This document shows positions 36,624-49,440 of a stretch of 64,000 nucleotides of DNA, piece by piece. The first letter of the stretch is position 1; the number at the start of each line of letters is the position of its first letter. The stretch comes from Callorhinchus milii (taxonomy: Eukaryota). The translations under genes were made by a program, and so were the position numbers. The notes beneath the pieces were generated by a model that worked only from the letters and a program-made list of their open reading frames with translations, did no database searches and was not told where the DNA came from. The DNA is taken from assembly GCF_018977255.1 (NCBI RefSeq), contig NW_024704743.1:105898001-105962000 (forward strand), in the 5' to 3' direction.

Positions 36624-38177
36624 CGATTAACAAAAGATTGAATAATATTAAACCCAGTGGTGTTGGGGCAGTCAAGAGAGCAGATCCAGCACCTGAAATC
36701 TGGAACAAAGAGACAGGTGGAGGGTCTAATGGGAGCACTGAGTAGGATGATGGCAGGTGGATAGTCCAATTCAAGGATTATTCAGTTCTATTATTATCTG
36801 ACTGGAAATCCCTGGATATACTGGACATGTGCAATGCCGGAACTGGATTCCACAAAGAAAGTGTCAATTTTAGATTTCCCACAATCTATTGGCTCATTGT
36901 ATTAACGCAGCCAAGCGATACGGTAATAATAATCCTTGCATTTGATATTGAGCCTTTTCAAGTCTTTGAGATGTTGCAAAGCCCTTTACAGGATACACTG
37001 TAAAGTGAATTGATTGTATATTTTGTGGTATTACTGAAAATTAACACTCTCTGGTGATACACATTAACCATCTGTAACAATTACGTCTTGCTGGCATGTG
37101 TTGACCTTTCACTTTGACTTTTGATGGGCCACTATTTCTCAACCAACTTCAGGGAGCGTTTGTTTAAAGAAAAGTAAGTGATATGGTTTATTTCTACATA
37201 TTCAAGGGAAACTTAACCACACCTGTTTTCCTCAGGCTTGTTCACATTTGTCATGTACTATCACTGATTTTTAAATCAAACTGTCTCACAAACCAAATCC
37301 TAAAACGTCCGTTTTTACATGCGGAATCTGGTCAAGTGATTTCAAGTTGACGACACTGGCCATCTCCACATCCACTGCTCTATCTGCCCCACCATTAGCG
37401 GGCAAGGAGGCTATCAGCCACTTGGCATCTGCTCTCTGGAACTTCAATGCCAGGACCCTCTGACTCGCTCACTCGCTCACTCCCTCCACTCTTTCAAGAT
37501 ATGCTTCAAAATGTATGTCTTTGACTGCGCTTTCAATCATCTTTCATCTCTTTCTCTTTCCTCAGACGCCATTCTCAGCTCCGGTGCCCATCCAGAATTG
37601 TCAACCAATTTGGGACATCTTCCCAACATGAAACGTGCTATATAAACATAAACTGTATTCAACCAACTGAACACTCTGAGACGCTACCCTGCGTGGAGGG
37701 CGCTATATAAGTGCAACTTGTTGTTGTAAAAGATGCTGATAATTCAGCATCATTGGGACAGAAACTGACATAGTTCACTGTTTTCACACCCACATGATAT
37801 TATGCTCTTTCATAAAGGTGAAAGTTTCTTTCTTAGTACAATATTTATCTCATGGTCGAGTGTGCAGCATAAAGTGTGCCTTAAAGCATGTGTTGGGTAA
37901 TAAAGAGGCACTGGATTCAACAGAGGTGAGACAAAATCACAGTGTTATCACTGAAAATGATAAGAAGAGAAGAAATTGCATCAAACAAGAGATGTTTTTA
38001 CCAAGTAATGTGCAACAGATCAAAATGGACCAATATTCTGAGTAAAACTACAATGCTTCTTTACAAAGATTCCTCTTAAAAGTACTGCCAGCACCAAGCG
38101 AGGGGGTATTTTTTGGATATAGCTAACTATAATGCAACCATGTAGCTAAACTATTGTCAGTAGTAAAACAGAGGAAG
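36624..38177 (+). repeat. Duplicated segment, copy 2 (paralogous to 20648-22286)
   Basis: Colinear high identity with copy 1; carries an extra L2 tail at ~37672-37728. Confidence 0.96.
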
Positions 38178-38554
38178 TAATGTATAATATTTAGTGAATC
38201 TTCACGTAAAAGAGGAAATAATTCCTTCCTGTTTTCTGCCCTGTACTGTCATGATAATGAAGCCTCTCCTGTGTAGTCCAATACCTGGAATGAGCAGTTG
38301 AATCAACCTTAATTCAAATTAATTGTTTGTAATCTTCCAGTAAATTAACCTAATACATGAATTATCCTTGTTAAAGGTAATGTCAGACTGGCACTCTCAC
38401 CTCTAGTCCAACATTGTGCCCTAATCCATTACCACAAAAACATTTTGTTTCTTGCACTATCCAACTTAGGTCCTACTTTAGTCATAGTGGAATATAAAGC
38501 ATGATATTTGTTAACCTAATTTTTATTGTAATTTTCATCTGTTTTGTGGATATT

Positions 38555-39451
38555 AGAACCGAGGCCCTCCTGATTGGCTCACTTCAGCGCCTCCGCACCT
38601 CAGGCGCTGACAGCATCAGCATCCAAGGCTGCACTCTCCACCTCTCAAAGCCAGTCAGGAACCTCGGCGTTTTGTTCGACCCTGAGCTGTCCTTTCTCCC
38701 TCACATCCGCACCACAACTGGCACCGCCTTCCATCACCTTCGGAACATTGCCAGACTACGGCATTACCTCACCCCTCACGCTGCTGAAACCCTGGTCCAC
38801 GCCTTTGTCACCTCAAGGCTGGTGACAACTCTCTCCTCGCCGGCCTTCCCGGCACCTCCCTCCACAAGCTGCAGGTCATTCAGAACTCTGCAGCTCGTGT
38901 ACTGTCCCGCACCAGGCTTCGGGACCACATCACTCCCACCCTCGCTCGCCTCCACTGGCTCCCCATCCCCCAGAGGATTGATTTCAAGATCCTCATCCTC
39001 ACCTACAAGGCCATTCACGGCCTTGCTCCCTCCTACCTCTCCAACCTACTATCCCTCTACCTACCTGCCCGTACCCTCCGTTCCTCTGGCTCGGGTCTGC
39101 TCCACGTCCCCCGCCCCAACCGCCCTACCATCGGTGGTCGGGCCTTCAGCCTCTCAGCCCCCAGGCTCTGGAACTCCATCCCCCAGTGCCTTCGCCTTGC
39201 TTCCTCCCTTTCCTCCTTCAAGGCCGGTCTCAAAACATTTCTCTTTGACCGTGCCTTCAGCTCCCCTCTCGACTCTCTTCCCCCTCCTCGCTCCCTCCCT
39301 TCCCTCCCCTCACCCTGACCATTTCCCCCCTCCTCGCTCCCTCCCTTCCCTCCCCTCACCCTGACCATTTCCCCCCTGCTCGGGTCATGACCCAACTGTG
39401 CAGCGCCTTGGGACGTCCTCCTGACGTGAAAGGCGCTTTATAAATGGAATC

Positions 39452-39486
<35 letters not shown>
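38555..39486 (+). mobile_element. Young L2 LINE 3' fragment
   Basis: TEALLIGS..RNLGVLFDPELSF..HHLRNIARLRHYL..LVHAFVTSRL, then frameshift; long (gtt)n tail; 46-bp tandem duplication at 39281-39372. Confidence 0.95.
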
Positions 39487-39488
<2 letters not shown>

Positions 39489-40414
39489 ATTTGCGAGACT
39501 CACAACAGGGACATTTGCAAGCCAGCACCTGTGGAAGAGTTTTTAGCGAAGAAATCAATTGAGGAGCATTGGAGAGTTTTATGATCAAAGATATTGGTAG
39601 GGCTGTACATTCTTGTGTTCTTATGTGTCACTAATGTTGTAGAACATAAATACAGTCAGGCCCATTATAATGTGCTTCCTTATAGTGTATTTTTATAACA
39701 GGGGTTACAGTGTGATTGATCTCCATTCACCACACATGGTGCAAGATAAGAAGTGATGCCAGCAGTGATCAGATGCCCCGGAAGTATGCTATGTTAGTTT
39801 CCTGCACTCAAAAGACACAACTTCTGAATCATTATATCGTTATCATCGACACTTCCAACTTTGCATATCTACATGCTTAGGTCATTCATATCATTGTACG
39901 GTCAATAATTAACAAAATTAACAATCAACTTTGGGCGCAGTGCATCACATTGTCAGATTTATCATCCATGGATCGGAAACAAAAATGGAAACAATTTTGA
40001 TATAATAAACATCCTTCAGGTCTGAATTCTCAGCTGCGTTCAATGTTGCCCTGGCTTGAGATTCACAAAATACTGCTTGTGGCTTTAACTTGTCCGGTGT
40101 GCAAACCATTTCCGTTTGCAGTGCTGAGTTGCTGACTGCCAGCTCCAGACTTTCTGGGAAAGAGACAAAAGGAACTGAATGCTGCTTGTGACCTAAAACT
40201 CAGGAACACTGTGAACTGGAGCTGAGGGAAACATATTTACTACCCTTTTAATGATCGGAGGTCCCAGGAGCATCTTTCGGAACCTAAACCCAGATGTAAT
40301 TACACAACAGTAGTAAACAAAGCTCGGGAATCACTTAAAGGGAAATGTCCACCTTCCTGGAGATAGTTTACAATTAGTTTCTTTTCTACATCTCAAGTCT
40401 GCTCCATTTTTTTT

Positions 40415-40415
40415 N
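40415..40415. other. Single ambiguous base (n)
   Basis: n following a poly-T run; possible assembly join or homopolymer ambiguity. Confidence 0.95.
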
Positions 40416-40814
40416 AAAATGTGTAAAATTTTACTAACAAAATTGCTAATGTGAATCCTGTAAGGTGCTTTACGATATTCTCTCTCTAAAAGGTACCACA
40501 AATACAATGCAAACAATATTTGCACATCAATATATATGACATTCAAGAAAGGTGAGACACAGTGAAGACCTGATTGCTATACAAAAAATATATCTATTCT
40601 GAAATGTGAAATTTTAAAGCAGATTCTTATGATTATTACTGCATTGAATTTGTTAAGAAGAGGCAGCATTGCAATTGACAATTGTCAACTGGTTTCAGCT
40701 ATAACCCTCCACCCCCAGTACAATGGTTTGCTCCCTAGAAGCATTGTTTGGTCAGCGTCTCACATTGGGATCCAGTAAGAAAGATTGGCTTAATAAATTG
40801 TTTATTGTTTTACT

Positions 40815-41437
40815 CCGTCACATTGCCTGCCTCCATCCGTACCTCACAACCAAAGCAGCCAAAACTCATCCACGCCTTTGTCACTTCCCGGCTGGACAAT
40901 TCCAATGCCCTCTTCACTGGTCTCCCCAGCTTCACCATGCACAAAATTCAACTAATTAAAAAATCCGCCACCCAGGATAGTCACCCGCACAAAACCCCGT
41001 ACCCCCATCACACCAGTGCTTGCCAGCCTCCACTGGCTCCCAATTACCAAACAGATCAATTTCAAGATACTCTCATTCTCATTTTTGAAATCCCTTCATG
41101 CCCTCGCACCTCCCTACCTATCCAATTTGCTTATCCCCCACTCCACCACCCACTGCCTCCACTTGGCCAGCTCCGACCTCCTGTTTCCCCCCTCCATTCC
41201 ACCATCAGTGGCCATGCATTTAGCCACTACTTCCCGAAACACTCTACCTCAATCCCTCTGCCTTGCCCCGTCCCTCCACACTTTCAAATCCCACCTAAAA
41301 CCCTTCCTTTTTGATCGTGCTTATGGTCACCTCCCGCTTCCCTCTCTCCCCTGGCTCGGTGTCAGACTCCACTACTGTCAAGCGCTCTGGGACACTACCC
41401 CGTGTGAAGGGTGCTATAAAAATGTAAGTTGTTGTTT
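40815..41437 (+). mobile_element. L2 LINE 3' fragment
   Basis: LIHAFVTSRLDNSNAL, LASLHWLPI, FKSHLKPFLFDRAYGHL; gttgttg end. Confidence 0.9.
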
Positions 41438-42522
41438 TACGGGCTCAGAGGAAGCAGCTGAGTGGTGCTTTACAGAATACAGGCTGAGTGGGGCCAGTAT
41501 CCAATTTGTTAATTGCTCAAATATGCCATCTGCTGCTTTTGGGGTTATGGAGACCTTCAGACCCAATGTTTGCTTCAAAGCTGGAAGGTAAAAGCATGCT
41601 GGAAGATACCAGCAAGTATTTGACAGGGAGTGATCCACAGCTGGAATGGGTTACAGGAAGAGTGAAGACTCAAAAGATGTACCTCAAAAGCAAAGCAATT
41701 CTTCATTTTCACATCAATGGACATGTCAGAAGTACGGAGCAAAAGGTAGAGAATCGTACATTACTTCAATCAGCAAAGGTCCAATGGATAGAAACACAAA
41801 TATTTCCTCTTACAGCAGGAAGATGTAACAAAGTAAGCTCTTTTCGGACTTTCAGACTCACTCATGTTAATTACACTGAAAATATTTAACAAGCATCTGA
41901 CTATCTCTCCAGTTTCCTTTAAGTGAACTAAAAATACTGCACATTCGAGATGTTCTTAGGTTCTGACATTAGGGATAGAAGCACTAAACTATAAATGCAA
42001 GTGTATCCTCTGAAGCATGCACTTCATGTCCTGACAAAATAAAATGAAACAAATATTCTTTACATTGCAAAATGAACTTGTACTCTAAAGTGAACTTGTA
42101 TTCTTGAGTTTTTTTTTAACTATGATCATCCACCCACTGGTGCAGATCTCCGAAGTAAACTGTGGCAGGCCCGACTTTGCTTATCATCCTTATCATGGCT
42201 ACAGATAAGGATGGACAAAAGACACAAAACCAAACTCCGCCAACCTTTTCCTGAGATAATTTATGAGATTTATTAGACAGTTTGCTCATTAACAGTATTC
42301 AATTTGCTCGAACTGTGTAACATTTTTGGATATCTGCCACAGAGAGGTCCTCATAAATCAGCAAAGTTAAACTTAGAATGGTCTGATTTAGTTTCACTTA
42401 TCAGTTGGTGCTTCTGTAGCTTTCAGTCATTTCAAAACCTCACACGAAAGTCGGAAACGCAATGTTTCTCTAACATAGTGAGGTGGGGTCGATTGTCACC
42501 ATAGCTGATGGTCTGAGATATT

Positions 42523-42840
42523 GGAGTCCTGTAGCTCAGTGGTTAGAGCACTCGCTTTGCAAGCGAGAGACCTGAGTTCAATTCCAGGCAGGGCGAAACC
42601 TTGGGCAAGTTTCCTTACTCCACACGCCTAATAATAATCCCTCCAAAACCAAAAACAATAATAAATTGGTCATTTTCAATCTACGACTGTTTGTGGGACA
42701 TTGCTGTGCGCAATTGGCTGCCACATTTCACCCACAAGTACAGTCAATTCACTTTACAGTGTGTTCTGTGAAGCGCTTTGGGACGTCCTCCCGACGTGAA
42801 AAGCACTATATCAAATGCAAGGATTATTATTATTATTATT
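42523..42840 (+). mobile_element. tRNA-Ala(TGC)-headed SINE with L2-type tail, full length
   Basis: Same A/B boxes and anticodon arm as the 14908 copy; (tta)n tail. Confidence 0.93.
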
Positions 42841-43094
42841 CACTTGGTGAGTGGTCAGGACTGGGACTGACAGCTTCCATAAGGTCAGATCATTTCTCAC
42901 AGACGTCAGTACATCCCCAGTGTATCCCAGGATGCGAACAACAAAGTACAATTACATCAATGTAATTCTGAACCTACATAACTTCCCATTATTATAATTA
43001 ATAGTGTTAATATTATTTGAGAATATAACTATCTTTTTTTGGGGCAGCCGCACTGAATAATGATGACTAACTGATATTGTTTTGTCAAGTATTA

Positions 43095-43440
43095 ATAACA
43101 ATAATAATCCTTGCTTTTGATATCATGTCATTGAAATACCTCAAAGTGCTTCACAGGATATACTGTAATCATTGTGTTTTCTAGACAAACATGACAGCCA
43201 ATTTTGCTCACAACAATTGCCCACAAACACCATGAAGTGACTGACCAATTTTATCAAGAGGATTGTTGGCCAGGACACCGAATGAAACTGCCTTCTCTTT
43301 TTTGAGTAGTGCCCTGGGATCTTTAACGTCCACCCGAGGCCTCAATTTAATGTCTTATCCGACATTAGGATAAGACAATGCAGCTCTCTACCAGTATTGC
43401 ATTCAGAGGCAAAAGTGCTTCCAACTGTGTCATGCTAACA
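43095..43440 (-). mobile_element. Deu-domain SINE
   Basis: ttgttggccaggacaccg, gggatctttaacgtccacc. Confidence 0.75.
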
Positions 43441-44429
43441 CCTTGCTACAAGGAACCATTTTTTTATGGGTGGCTCAATAGCTTGGTATAAAGTTCATAA
43501 ATCGAACCAACACGTCCTTTTCAGGAACTGTTTGTTAATTTTTGTCTTTCTCATTAATTTGAATATTAATTTTAATTCTTATTTGAGTGGTGTAGAAGTC
43601 TATTAGGAAATGCAGCAAATGAATGTTTATATAATACAAAATGTACAATATGTAAATAGTTGCTTTGTTATATTGGGCCATAGAAGGTGATTTGTGGATA
43701 AGGCACATTGGGGACTTCTTTTGGTTATTTATTCATTGGATTCCTTCATTAGGAATCCAGTTAAAATTCCTGTTGATCCTGTGGGAACTTTGCTCCACTA
43801 TAAGATCATGTCAAAAATAGGCAATGATCAAATTTCTAACACATCGGATGCATTGAAGGATGCATTACCAAAGATATCTGATGAGAAATACCACAAATCA
43901 AAACCCATTAAGTACATCTACTGTCTGAACTCTACAAACTTAATATGTCTTTTCTCCAGTTTACTCACTGGTGTTTTGTACTAAAATGAAAGCAAATCCA
44001 CTTTCATTGTTTTCCCCTGGTGTAACAATCCGAGTCATACTCATAAGGTGATTCAGTGACTTAATTGCTCACCCACATCTTCAATACAAGAGAAAAAAAT
44101 GACAAATATCTCAGTAATAAAAATGTTATAACAATCTTTGCAATTAATATAGCACCTTGTCACATCGTTGAGATGTCTCAAAGCGTTTCACAGGATTTTT
44201 ACTGTGAAGCGAGTGACTGTGTATTTGAAAGCAAATGCAGCAGCCAATGTCCCACAAACAACCATGAAGTGAGTGACCAATTTTAATTTGGGGGACTGTT
44301 AAGCAAGACACATGTTTGCTTTGCATTTCATATAGCACTGTAACATGCGGTATCTTTTGTATCAAATCAACAACTTATTAACAACTAATAATAGGAAACG
44401 TTTCATTTACATGAATGACCAACCCAAGC

Positions 44430-44780
44430 TCCTCTGATGCCTCAGTGAGTTAAAGGCACAGCCAAATCAGATAGAACATTGGAAGTTTGAATCCTGTTGA
44501 GTTAGCTAATCTCAGCTGGGACAAAATGTGATGTGCTATAAGTGGTTTCAGCCAACCCTGGGCTAAGGAGGGAAAAAAGAAACAGGCAGGCTGCTTCCTC
44601 CCGATTACTATTCACTGCAGCCTGCTGAAATGTAAGAATATATATGGATGTTGGGTAAGGACATGATTGAGCTCAGCTTTGGTACTAGCCATCTACAAAC
44701 CCCAACCAAGGTTGAAATCCCTATGAAATGCATGAAGATTGGCCACTTCAGAAACTCCAGGAGCTGGAGAACTAGCAAAA
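44430..44780 (+). mobile_element. LF-SINE-like element
   Basis: ctcagtgagttaa head, gagttagctaatctcagctgg, ccctgggctaaggagggaaaaaa, catgaagattggccactt. Confidence 0.65.
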
Positions 44781-45439
44781 ATAAAAAGCTCAGCATTTTT
44801 ATATAAAACAAAGTCCATTGTTACCTTGGGGTGGGGGCAATTGCAATTGTTCCCTTTTATTACAGCTACTATTTGTGCAGACTAAGATAGTTTATGACGC
44901 TGCCCTGGGAAAATACAGGGTCAGTTTCTTCAGCCACACTGTCTGACAGACAAATTATTAGCAGATAAATCTCAGCCAGAAAACTATACATGTGATTGTT
45001 ATTTTCTATGAACAACTATATCAGTTGCCAAAAGTACACATCGAAGGGGAAGGATCTTTACCCTGCGTTGTGTGAGAACAGACCAGGATGCTCCAATATA
45101 AACACATATTTTCTTCCATGTAGGAAGTCAAATGGCCCCACTCATAGAAGAGACATATCTGTCTGTATCAGTTCACAGCTCTGTCTGTCTGCTGTTGCTT
45201 ACTTTACTCTTCCTAGGCCTTTTTGCGTTTCTCACGGTCTCCTGGCCAACAATCCTCCAGATAAAATTGATCATTCACTTCACCGCTGTTTGTCGGACTT
45301 TGCTGCGTGCAAATTGGCTTTTGTGTTTTAAAATACAGTCACTACACTTTGTAGTAAATCCCACGAAGAGACATACTCCAAGGATGAAAGGCTCAATATT
45401 GTATACAAGAATTTAAAAAATATATAATGTTTTACTATT

Positions 45440-45800
45440 CATAGTTTCCATCTCCCAGCAGGTATCTGGCCAAGTGTGAGGCTATGCCATGAGTGTCAGT
45501 ACAGTAGGCTGTTTAACCTTGCACAATATCAGAACTACAACTCATCCTTTTCTCAACCAATGTCCACACATGTGCACGTTCTGATAGTGCTTACTAAATC
45601 TTGATTTTAAATTTTAAACTAAATCTTGAGGAGAAGGATTCCTGACTGATATTTTATCCTCACTAGTCTAGGACCTCCGACACCAATTGCAATGCCCTTT
45701 ACTAGTGTCCAGGCTGAGATCAACTAACACAACCACTGACTAGGTGTGAAACCTGGGATGTTCCAAGCCTGAATTGCTCTGTTCTTCAACTATCTTCACC
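45440..45800 (-). mobile_element. Divergent LF-SINE-like element
   Basis: ggccaagtg, ctgactgatatttt..cctcactagtc, ggctgagatcaactaac, tgaaacctggga. Confidence 0.5.
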
Positions 45801-45929
45801 ATCTGAACCACCATCGAAACATCTTTATTCCTGTAATATTTTAATAAAACACTCACTTCCAGAAAAGAGTTGTTAAGATGCTTAATTTTTTTTAATAAAT
45901 GTAATACATTTTGTGCTTTCATTGGATCT

Positions 45930-46245
45930 GAGAACAGCAAATAGCTAAGGTGATTAAGATTATGAAAGGATTCGACAAGGTGGACATTGATAGGCTGTTT
46001 CCACTTCAGATCTACTAAGGAGTTTAGGAGGAACATCTTTACGCAGAGGGTGATGAGAATATGGAATCACTGCCGGAAGCTGTGTTAAAATAGCTTTGAT
46101 GTATTTAAGAGGAAACTTGATGCATTTATGACAGAGAAAGGGAAAGAGGATTACGAGTGGGGACTTGTTTTGAGTATAAATACTGACATGGACTAATTTA
46201 GCCGAATGGCCTATTTCCATGCCGCATCACTCTACGTAACTCTAT
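45930..46245 (+). mobile_element. CR1 3' fragment
   Basis: aagattatgaaaggattcgacaaggtggac (KIMKGFDKVD), tttacgcagagggtg, gccgaatggcctatttcc. Confidence 0.85.
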
Positions 46246-49029
46246 GCAAGTCAAATAAAAAGCTACTTTTAACTTCTGGCAACCACTTGTTTCATTGGAT
46301 TGTGGTTACAAGGAATTACTTCCCATTTCCACTTTTCTGAGGTGTGTAATTGTTACATTGCAGGCTTAAGCGGGTGTTTCAAGTGCTGGGAAAGTGTGGC
46401 CTTGTGTATATTATCTCCCTGCAGCTTTGTGTCTTTTTTTTCCTGAATGAAAACCATGAAGCGAGCATTTCATTTTCTAGTGGAAAAAAAATGACATGAT
46501 CAGAACTGTCATGCAAGCCGGCGCATTAACTCCAGGTCAGCCACAACGGAGGTGAGACTTCAGCAGTGCAGAAGTCCGCCCTCGTGCGATGTGCATGCTT
46601 TGTGGTCACAGTGTGCTTCCGACACTTTGGTTGTATTCATACCAAGTCATATTTTTTTGCCAGAAAGTCCATTACAAAACAGATTAGATGAGATTTATGC
46701 CTCAGGTCAACAGTCTAATTAGTCAGCCAACTTCACCTAGTTGATTGTCCCCAGCAGGTTTAGTGGAGTTTCTATTAGAATGGGGGACGCTTGAGTATTT
46801 TTTTTAAAAAAAACTTTCTTTTCATTTAGATTTATTCCACGAATCCTAGGATAATTCACTCCAGCAAAATTAAAAACAATAATTCATTGCGGTCAATTAT
46901 TTATTCCACAAACTGCACTCTCGAGAGTGTTTGGAAGCTAAACCAATAAATAAATTGGATATGGAAACCATTGATATCATGTTGCTCAAGTTCATTCACT
47001 TGTGGAAATGCTGTCATAACTCACTCCAACAGGAGCCTTGTGCCTTTCACTTTTGTTACAATGCCTTTAACATAGTAACAGAGAAAGAGAGTAACAGTTT
47101 CAGCCATTGGTTCATCTATCTACCCGTACACCTTCCCAACAGATTCTTTCAACACTCTCTATCACATCCAATAACCCTGAATCCATTACATTTCTAGGAA
47201 CTTTTTGAAACCCGTCACAGTCCTTGCTCCTCCATTTGTGCTTGTAGTTTGTTCCAAAATCCACTTTCACTAAGCCAAATTTCCCTGCTCTTCCCTGTTT
47301 GGGACTGGAATAATACCCTTCATTTCCAACTTATTTTTCTCTTCTGGTTTCTCTCATGCTTACTGCCATTTATTACGTGGAACATCAGATGATGTCACCT
47401 GAGACAGAAGTTGTGCAGAATAAAGACCCATCCAAAACTGAGGCAGAGAATGCCATTTAAAACTAGGATTTGATTTTTATCTCTGCCATATTACTACAAA
47501 AGATGCTGAATGTTGAGGCACATGTTTTCTCATCTGAAAACTGCCTTACTACATCTTCCTCAAACTGAAGAAACGTTCACTGTTTGCACTTCATGTTCCA
47601 ACTTCTATCTCCAATCTGAACACTGTTATTAATAATAATAATAAACTTTACGTTTGTTATGCACCTTTCTCATCAGGAGGACATCTCACAGTGCTTTACA
47701 GGATTTATTTTAGTGACTGTGTTGTACGGCAGCCAATTTGTGGACAGTAATATCCCACAAACAGCCATCAAGTGAGCAACCAATAGTTATAAGGCCCACT
47801 TAGTGCAAGGCCCATTTAGGTGTATCCAAATGGCAAGGTTCAAAATGATTTCATTTCTGCAAATGAAATCAGAAAACATTCCTTCACACATAGGGAACAA
47901 ATCTGCAGCATTTCATAACATGATTTGAAGTGGTGACAAGTGTTGCCAATGCTGATTATCACAAGGACAGAATTTACAGTTTTTTTGTGTAATTGGCTAA
48001 ATGATCACGAGGGGCTGGCCAGCCCTCTAATTTTTGGAGAATAGTTTCTTCAATCTGTTTTTTCTTCACCAGATCCTCCCTTTCTGCTTTCAACATCTGC
48101 CTCTTTGACTGAGATATCGGTCATTTTACCCCCATCCTTTTCAGCTCCCTCCCTCCAGCTCCTATGCCTCTAACCTCTGGAACTCCCTTCTACCCTTTTG
48201 TCTCAATCCTCTCTAAATCTCACCTAAAAATCTACCTCTTTGATTAAGCCTATGGTCATGCCCTCCTTCACAGTCCCCCTCCCCGCACCACAAATGGACC
48301 ATCTGATTTTGGATTTGTAAAACTTATATCGTGCTCTGAGACATGCTACCACTGAGCCAGGCTGACAAACAAAGCTGGTTTAATGAAATGATTCAACAGT
48401 GAATAAAATTCACAGTCCATAATCCTGCTTCCCCACCTATAACGTCAGTCATAAATAAAGCATGAATATCAAACACAATTCAAGCTCACTAATGGTTTTA
48501 CTTGTTATTTCTGTATAACATTGCAATCATTGTTCAGTGCCTTGGCACGTCCTCATGATACATAAATATGAATTTGAATTGTAAATTTTGTATTAAAACT
48601 ATACTTGGTGCCTGTGGTAAAATCCACTGCGGAATTTTTTGTGATTAAAATCATTGAACTCGATATATATAAAAAAACTATTTATTTGTGGTGTCCATTG
48701 AAGTCTATTTTATGCTATTTTCCAAAAATAATGTATTTTTCCACCATAAAAAAAGTTGTGAAATGTTTGCTATTTTTAGCAATCAGCATTAGTTAATCCC
48801 TATTGTTTGTGGGAAAACCTCTGATGAATAAATAACTTAAGGTTGGCTCGGTTTGTAACACTCTCGACTCTGAGTCAAAAGGTTGTGGGTTCAAGCCCCA
48901 TGGGGGAGACTTTGGACTTATTTAGAAGCTAGGGAGTGGTATATGTTACACCGATCATAAAAATTAATGAGCTTTTCACCATGTCTAGGAAATAGAGGGG
49001 TATAGGAAAAGGAAATAGGAGGGATGAGT

Positions 49030-49440
49030 GGTAGCACTTTCGCCTCTGAGTCAGAAGGTTGTGGTTTCAAGATCCACATGAAGACTTGGAATCATATAGT
49101 CTAAGGTGACACTCCAATGCTGGGGAACTGTTGCATTATCAGAGGTGCTATCCTTTCAATGAGATGTTACACCGAGGTCCCATCTGCCTGTTCAGGTGGA
49201 CGTTAAAGATCCCATGACACTATTCAAAAAGAAAAAAGAGTTTTTCTCGGTGTCCTGACCAACAAATCCCCCAAATAAAATTGGCCTCTCACTCCACCGC
49301 TACTTGTGGGACATTGGCGTGTGCAAACTGGCTTGTATAATCAATCCACTTTCCAGTGTATCCTGTGAAGCACTTTGAAATGTTTCAATGACGTGATAAG
49401 GCACTATATAAAATGCAAGAATTATTATATTATTATTGTT
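49030..49440 (+). mobile_element. Deu-domain SINE (SacSINE1-like), near full length
   Basis: ggtagcactttcgcctctgagtcagaaggttgtgg, caggtggacgttaaagatcccatg, tail gtgataaggcactatataaaatgcaag(tta)n. Confidence 0.88.

Noticed and set aside
38501..39364. Longest ORF (287 aa) as a host gene
   Set aside because: Frameshifted L2 ORF2 fragment; the Pro/Ser-rich part is an off-frame reading of C-rich L2 sequence. The same applies to ORFs at 5742, 20016, 20179, 40748 and 41016
39650..39712. Tigger/mariner-like MITE
   Set aside because: tacagtc..ttataa hints at a TIR, but the right end does not form a matching TIR/TA pair
41488..41889. 133-aa ORF in unique sequence
   Set aside because: Non-ATG start, no recognisable domain, no convincing flanking splice sites
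46607..46640. CACAGTG heptamers (also ~7683, ~56342, ~56389) as V(D)J RSS
   Set aside because: No ACAAAAACC-like nonamer at 12- or 23-bp spacing
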